IMG/VR virus record: IMGVR_UViG_3300042878_001709 | Span: 106,590 to 126,589 of that record | From: an uncultured virus (IMG/VR IMGVR_UViG_3300042878_001709) | Lineage: Duplodnaviria; Heunggongvirae; Uroviricota; Caudoviricetes | Length of the DNA: 20,000 nucleotides | Reading direction: 5' to 3' (one strand) | Shown here: piece by piece, positions 14,900-20,000 of the stretch | Layout of the letters: each line of letters starts with the position of its first letter | Numbering within the stretch: position 1 is the stretch's first letter | Translations under genes and position numbers: made by a program | The notes under the pieces: generated by a model | Database searches by the model: none | What the model was told of the DNA's origin: nothing | The model's input: only the letters and a program-made list of their open reading frames with translations

Positions 14900-17725
14900 A
14901 TGCTTGCTTCAGTAGATGACATTAAAGAATATTTAGAGGGTTACGATGAACAAAAATATATAGTAGGTGTTGAATCGTCTTACTATGAAAACAAAGTTTA
15001 TCTTATCATACACGATCCAGAAAATGGTAAACGTATAGAAAAACATAAGTTCACTCCTTTCTTATGGATGAAGAGTATTGACTTAAGTAAGCTATATGGT
15101 GGAGATAGAAGGGAAATTAGAAACAAAATCAAAGAATATAAAATTAAGTTTATACCATTATCAATAAAAGATGAAAATGATGATACAGTATCACGTTTAG
15201 AAAATGGTTATAAATTTTTAGTTAGATCAAGAGGTACTTATGGGGATTTATTAAATTTTTTCAAAAAGGGAAAGATGGATATATTCTCAGAAGAAAATAG
15301 AAGTAATTTTTTAGCTATCAGTCCTACTGAACAATTTTTAATACAATCAGGTAAAAGACTTTTTAAGGGGATGGATGAATATGATGATGTGCATAGATTT
15401 TCATTTGACTTAGAAACAACTGGATTAGACCCTAAAACTTGTAGGATCTTTCAGGTTGGTATGAAGGATAATAGAGATTTCCAACATGTACTTTCTATAA
15501 ATGGAGATACAGAAGAAGAAATAAACGATAGAGAAGCAGAAGCAATAACAACATTTTTTAAAGTTATTAACCATCTTAAACCAGCAATTATATCTGGATA
15601 TAATTCAGAGAACTTTGACTGGTATTTTATAGTTGAGAGATGTAGGATATTAGGTATTGATATTACAAAAATTGCCAAGACATTAGGAAGTATCCCATTT
15701 TATAGAAAAACTCAAACACTTAAAATGGGTCCTGAAATGGAACATTATGAACAGACACATATGTGGGGGTATAATATTATGGATGTATATCACGCAGTTA
15801 GAAGGGCACAAGCGATTAATTCTTCTATTAAAGAGGCAGGATTAAAATATATTACAAAATACTCCAATGTGGCAAAATCAAATCGAGTTTATATACAAGG
15901 TGATAAGTTAGGTAAGATATATGGAGATACTGAAAATGATTATTGGTTAGACGATAGTAATGGTGAATGGGGTAAAGTTATAGATGATATATTACCAGAA
16001 AATACTATTAAAGTTAAAGGTTGTGATATTGTAGAGAGATATCTTATAGATGACTTATGGGAAACAGAAAAGGTAGATAATATTTTCAATCAAGCAACTT
16101 TTCTTTTATCTAAAGTTTTACCAACATCATTTATGAGATCATCCACAATGGGTACTGCGGCAACATGGAAATTACTTATGTTAGGGTGGTATTATAGAAG
16201 TGGTATTGCAATCCCACATACTATGCCATCTAAAGGGTTTATAGGTGGTTTATCTAGATTATTAGAAGTAGGTTTTAGTCAAAATGTAGTTAAATTTGAC
16301 TTTGCTTCCCTATACCCATCTATTCAGTTGACACATAATGTATTTACTGATTGTGATGTTATGGGTGCAATGAGAGGGTTATTACAATATAACTATGACT
16401 ATAGAAATCTTTATAAAGAATTAAAGAAGAAATATGAGGTTGAGGGTGATTCAGAAAAATCTTCATATTATGATAAAAAACAATTACCGCTTAAAATTCT
16501 TAATAATGGAATGTTCGGTTCTATTTCTGCGCCAAACGTTTATCCTTGGGGTGATTCAGATATGGGTGAAAAAATTACATGTACAGGTAGACAATATCTG
16601 AGACATATGATTAGATTTTTCGCATCAAAAGGATTTAAACCATTAGTGGGTGATACAGATGGATTCAACTTCTCTGTACCAAACGATGTAGATAGATATG
16701 TTTATACGTCAAATGGTAATCATCATTTCAATAAATTAGGTAAAACATATAAAGGAATGTCTGCAGTAGTTTCTGAATATAATGATAAATATATGAAAGG
16801 TGTGATGGGATTAGATGTAGATGAAATATGTTCCGCAACTATTAACTTAGCAAGAAAAAATTACGCAGATTTAATAGATGGTAAAGTTAAATTAGTGGGT
16901 AACTCTATTAAGTCTAAAAAAATGCCAGTTTATATTTCTGAATTTATCGATAAAGGTATCAGACTTCTTTTAGATGGTAACGGATTAGAATTTGTGACAG
17001 AATATTATGAAACAATAGAAATGATTTATAATCAAGAAATACCACTTTCTAAAATTGCCAATAAATCTAGAGTAAGGATATCTTTAGATGAGTACAAAAA
17101 GAAAATGAAAACCACAAATAAATCTGGTGGGTCGATGGCTAGACAAGCTCATATGGAATTAATTATTAATGAAAATTTAAATGTTAATTTAGGCGACACA
17201 ATTTATTATGTAAATACAGGTAGTAAAAAATCACATGGAGATGTTCAGACAAAGGCACATAGTAAATTTACTAAAAAAGAAACTGAACTTTATTATATTA
17301 ATAATGGTAAGATGCCTGAACCCTCAAAAGTGGATATTGTTGTAAATTGTAGATATATACCAAATAATCTTTTAGAAAATGATCCAAATGCGACAGGTGA
17401 ATACAATGTAGAAAGATATTTAGATGCGTTCAATAAAAGAGTAAAACCATTATTAGTATGTTTCGATCCCTCTGTTAGGGAAGATATAATGATAACATCA
17501 CCATTAGAAAGAAAGTATTTTACTGCACAAGAATTAACTTTAACATCAGGTAAACCATTTAACGAAAGTGATCAAGATAAATTAATAGATTTATTAACTA
17601 TAACTGATGAAGAATTAGAATTCTGGAACCGTATAGGTATATCTCCTACATATATGTTCGAGGACTATGGAATTGCAGATGAATTCTCATATGACGTAAA
17701 GACCCAAAGGTCGATAAGTCAATGA
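14900..17725 (+). CDS. polB: Family B DNA polymerase with 3'-5' exonuclease domain
   Basis: ExoI FDLETTG, ExoII GYNSENFDW, ExoIII YLIDD; motif A DFASLYPS, motif B KILNNGMFG, motif C GDTDG, and KKNYA-like RKNYA. No intein apparent. Confidence 0.95.
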   Translation: MLASVDDIKEYLEGYDEQKYIVGVESSYYENKVYLIIHDPENGKRIEKHKFTPFLWMKSIDLSKLYGGDRREIRNKIKEYKIKFIPLSIKDENDDTVSRLENGYKFLVRSRGTYGDLLNFFKKGKMDIFSEENRSNFLAISPTEQFLIQSGKRLFKGMDEYDDVHRFSFDLETTGLDPKTCRIFQVGMKDNRDFQHVLSINGDTEEEINDREAEAITTFFKVINHLKPAIISGYNSENFDWYFIVERCRILGIDITKIAKTLGSIPFYRKTQTLKMGPEMEHYEQTHMWGYNIMDVYHAVRRAQAINSSIKEAGLKYITKYSNVAKSNRVYIQGDKLGKIYGDTENDYWLDDSNGEWGKVIDDILPENTIKVKGCDIVERYLIDDLWETEKVDNIFNQATFLLSKVLPTSFMRSSTMGTAATWKLLMLGWYYRSGIAIPHTMPSKGFIGGLSRLLEVGFSQNVVKFDFASLYPSIQLTHNVFTDCDVMGAMRGLLQYNYDYRNLYKELKKKYEVEGDSEKSSYYDKKQLPLKILNNGMFGSISAPNVYPWGDSDMGEKITCTGRQYLRHMIRFFASKGFKPLVGDTDGFNFSVPNDVDRYVYTSNGNHHFNKLGKTYKGMSAVVSEYNDKYMKGVMGLDVDEICSATINLARKNYADLIDGKVKLVGNSIKSKKMPVYISEFIDKGIRLLLDGNGLEFVTEYYETIEMIYNQEIPLSKIANKSRVRISLDEYKKKMKTTNKSGGSMARQAHMELIINENLNVNLGDTIYYVNTGSKKSHGDVQTKAHSKFTKKETELYYINNGKMPEPSKVDIVVNCRYIPNNLLENDPNATGEYNVERYLDAFNKRVKPLLVCFDPSVREDIMITSPLERKYFTAQELTLTSGKPFNESDQDKLIDLLTITDEELEFWNRIGISPTYMFEDYGIADEFSYDVKTQRSISQ

Positions 17726-18829
17726 TTTGTTTAAATTTTCTGCCTCTAAAGCTTTATTCTCCAATTGTTTTACGTTAGATAATCTTTCTAATCTTAAATC
17801 CAATTGTTCTAATAACTTTAATTGTTCTTCTTTACCTTCATTAAGTAAACTATCAAAATCCATAGTTAACTCAGCGTCTGGTACTTTTAATGCTCCACTA
17901 AATTTACCTCTTACTCTACCTAAAGATTCTTTAAATAATGCAGTTAAATATCTTCTAACCCAAATCTTTGTAGGTTCATTTAAATCAGAGTATCTTAATT
18001 TAGATAATGGTACATCATTAGGTAATTTTATAATGTCAGAGTTTTCTGCTAAACATTTATCTCTATCATCTCCCGATTCATAGTAGTGGTACCAAACTTT
18101 TGTACCCGATATCCCTAATTGCCCACCTTGTAAACCTGCAGATGCAAAAGATATTCTACTACCAGGTATCGGCATAAGATGTAATAATCTAGTACCATTA
18201 GGTCCTGCAGTAACTTTATAAGATAACTCACTTCTTAATAATTTAGATTTTAAACTAAAATCAGCTGCCCTAAGTAATACATCAAAAGCGGGTGCTACAT
18301 AAAATCCACCATTACCTAATCCACCACCTTGTCCCCAACCAGCGTAAGGTACTTGACCAAAACCACCACCAAAACCATAATCACCAAATCCCGCAAATGA
18401 ATATAGAGCGTGATTAGTAGAGTTTGGGGTTAACCATAATATTTCATTTATTTCTCTTCCTGCAGGTATCTGATAAACTTGTTGGTTCCTTATGATAGTC
18501 ACATAATCTTTCTTTAGTTCCCAAGGACCTCTTTGTTGTAACCCTACTTGTTTAGAATACGCATAAGAAAAATTACTTTCAAAATCCAATGATCTTGTTG
18601 TCAATGCGAATGCAATATCAATTTTATCTGCTTGTTTCCCTAATACTGAAGACCATTGGTTTTCTATCAACCAATCTTGTACTCTTTGAGCATAATCCTC
18701 AATTGCGGTTTCTAAAAGGGAATTCATCTGATCCCAATCTAACTCAATTTTTCGAATTGGTGCACCTAATCTATGTTTTATTTGAGTAAATAATTCATTT
18801 TTTAAGTCATCATTTAAATAATTTGGCAT
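17687..18829 (-). CDS. Neck/head-completion protein, T4 gp13-like
   Basis: N-terminal IKHRLGAPIRKIELDWDQM...AIEDY and C-terminal WVRRYLTALFKESLGRVRGKF.G...L..EGKEE..KL resemble gp13 neck proteins; Gly/aromatic-rich central insert. Confidence 0.8.
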   Translation of the reverse strand: MPNYLNDDLKNELFTQIKHRLGAPIRKIELDWDQMNSLLETAIEDYAQRVQDWLIENQWSSVLGKQADKIDIAFALTTRSLDFESNFSYAYSKQVGLQQRGPWELKKDYVTIIRNQQVYQIPAGREINEILWLTPNSTNHALYSFAGFGDYGFGGGFGQVPYAGWGQGGGLGNGGFYVAPAFDVLLRAADFSLKSKLLRSELSYKVTAGPNGTRLLHLMPIPGSRISFASAGLQGGQLGISGTKVWYHYYESGDDRDKCLAENSDIIKLPNDVPLSKLRYSDLNEPTKIWVRRYLTALFKESLGRVRGKFSGALKVPDAELTMDFDSLLNEGKEEQLKLLEQLDLRLERLSNVKQLENKALEAENLNKSLTYRPLGLYVI

Positions 18830-18836
18830 AACTGAT

Positions 18837-18854
18837 ATATTTATTAATAAATAT
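18837..18854. promoter_or_regulatory. Perfect 18-bp palindrome ATATTTATTAATAAATAT (two inverted ATATTTAT motifs) between divergent genes
   Basis: Self-complementary. The minus-strand copy is 17 nt before ATG 18829 and the plus-strand copy is 40 nt before ATG 18885. Confidence 0.55.
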
Positions 18855-18884
18855 CTAATAATTGATAAATGTAAAGTAAAAAAT

Positions 18885-19256
18885 ATGAAAGAGGAACTAG
18901 TAATAAAATTTGTCGGAATGCAACAACAGTTTAGAGTATTACATTGGCAAACTAAATCATATGCAAAACATAATGCCTATGGTAGTATTTATGATTCATT
19001 AGACGATTTAATCGATGGATTTATCGAAACGTATATGGGTAAATATGGTAGAGTATCTTTTGAAAGTGGTGAGGGTAACATTATATTAAAAAATACTGAT
19101 ACATTAGATTTAAATTCATTTATAAAAGAAAATATTTCTTGGTTAAAGAGTTTGAGTGAAAAACTTAATTCCGAAAACGATAGTGACCTTTTAAATATGA
19201 GAGATGAAGTTATGGCTGAATTAAATAAATTAAGATACTTGTTGTCGTTAAAATAA
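18885..19256 (+). CDS. Ferritin/Dps-like four-helix protein (DUF5856-like)
   Basis: LHWQTKSYAKHNAYGSIYDSLDDLIDGFIETYMGKYGR parallels the Dps HW...H...Y...D...E ferroxidase pattern; ends in NKLRYLLSLK. Confidence 0.75.
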   Translation: MKEELVIKFVGMQQQFRVLHWQTKSYAKHNAYGSIYDSLDDLIDGFIETYMGKYGRVSFESGEGNIILKNTDTLDLNSFIKENISWLKSLSEKLNSENDSDLLNMRDEVMAELNKLRYLLSLK

Positions 19257-19624
19257 TGAAATTTGGTGATATCATAAAGGAATCTTATACAAATGAATTA
19301 GGTGATCCCCTTAATGGTAGAGATAATGCTTGTATGTCATCACTACATAAGGCACAACAATTACTGATAGACGCTTTAAGGTTAATTGAAAACGCTTATC
19401 AGGAATGCGATGATGAGGAAAAAAGAAAGGAAATCATTGAATTTAAAAAAGATTTGGTACATGATTTAGGTCACAATGACGGTGAGGGTTTTGGTCATGT
19501 CGAAGACAATGAGAATGAGAATAACTTAATCAATAGAATCGCAAAATTTATCGACAAACATACACCCAAAAATTGGGACTCAAATATACATGATGAAATT
19601 AATCCAGAAGAAAGTGGTTCTTAA
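19256..19624 (+). CDS. Hypothetical acidic protein
   Basis: TAATG coupling to the upstream gene; 122 aa; no family recognised. Confidence 0.7.
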   Translation: MKFGDIIKESYTNELGDPLNGRDNACMSSLHKAQQLLIDALRLIENAYQECDDEEKRKEIIEFKKDLVHDLGHNDGEGFGHVEDNENENNLINRIAKFIDKHTPKNWDSNIHDEINPEESGS

Positions 19625-19868
19625 CTAATTCTACTGCCTCATCAATCGTATTAAAAGATTTTTCTGGAACAAATGCGGTTCTATCAATTAGTATTGCGGG
19701 TAAAAATTCATTGTCAACCTTTTTAGAAAAGGTTTCATATAACTTTTCATTTTCATCAATATCGATTTCAATATAATCTATATTATTTTCATTTAATTTA
19801 TTTTTCAGATTTTCACAATGAGGGCAACCTTTCATCGAAAATACTTTTACTCTAACATCATTTTCCAT
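19599..19868 (-). CDS. Glutaredoxin / NrdH-like thioredoxin-fold protein
   Basis: VKVFSMKGCPHCENLK...YIEIDID...FLPAILI (CxxC plus cis-Pro). The ATG at 19868 is preferred to the TTG at 19874. Confidence 0.85.
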   Translation of the reverse strand: MENDVRVKVFSMKGCPHCENLKNKLNENNIDYIEIDIDENEKLYETFSKKVDNEFLPAILIDRTAFVPEKSFNTIDEAVELVKNHFLLD

Positions 19869-20000
19869 TTTCAATATTTTTTAAAAATTCATTTATTATT
19901 TCATCTTCACCCATTATAGTTCCGATAATTTTTCTTTTTTCATTTAATATGTGCCATATTAAAGTATCAATAGTTTCATCTATCAACATATAATAAATAT
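19858..20000 (-). CDS. C-terminal end of a probable SNF2/SWI2-family helicase, 5'-partial (absent from the ORF track)
   Basis: Manual translation ...IYYMLIDETIDTLIWHILNEKRKIIGTIMGEDEIINEFLKNIENGK* resembles the segment after motif VI in SNF2/HARP-like helicases (IYYL...TI(D/E)..I...L..K..I). The stop overlaps the glutaredoxin start region. Confidence 0.6.
   Translation of the reverse strand, partial: IYYMLIDETIDTLIWHILNEKRKIIGTIMGEDEIINEFLKNIENGK

Noticed and set aside
14900..17725. Intein or intron in the DNA polymerase
   Set aside because: Motifs A, B and C are normally spaced; no intein splice-junction or LAGLIDADG signatures seen.
3459..18789. Other short nested ORFs (3459, 9241, 11857, 12208, 13560, 13841, 15451, 17727, 18589)
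   Set aside because: All lie antisense to longer, motif-supported genes and show no recognisable features.
1..20000. Stop-codon reassignment, as seen in some large phages
   Set aside because: The standard code gives long intact ORFs at high coding density. The single interrupted frame (10437) needs a frameshift, not read-through.
1..20000. tRNA, rRNA or intrinsic terminators
   Set aside because: Intergenic spaces are short and AT-rich; I found no cloverleaf or GC-rich hairpin with a U-tract by eye.

Overview
AT-rich, gene-dense segment of a large tailed dsDNA phage genome (T4-like/jumbo type). The host is probably in Bacteroidota: there is a TTG-N20-TATATTTG promoter before the DNA polymerase, and the gene leaders are A-rich with no Shine-Dalgarno sequence. 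Left: a minus-strand run of small hypothetical genes including a stand-alone WYL protein. Middle (2590-14844, +): a virion fibre/adhesin cluster containing a 2030-aa fibre (59 YadA-like SHAEG repeats, C-terminal Peptidase_G2-type intramolecular chaperone), a Cys-rich LamG-like protein, an Asn-rich beta-helix protein, two internally repeated Cys-rich proteins and a BppU-like protein. An LCIB/theta-class carbonic anhydrase with apparently intact Cys-Asp-His-Cys residues is embedded among them. Right: family B DNA polymerase, T4 gp13-like neck protein, ferritin/Dps-like protein, glutaredoxin and the 3' end of a probable SNF2-type helicase. Most notable: the theta-CA in a structural cluster, a candidate +1 frameshift at TTT-TAA, an [ST]-G-x-T motif enriched in the fibre-cluster proteins, and a recurrent ATATTTAT upstream motif. 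All family calls come from motif recognition by eye; no database searches were run.
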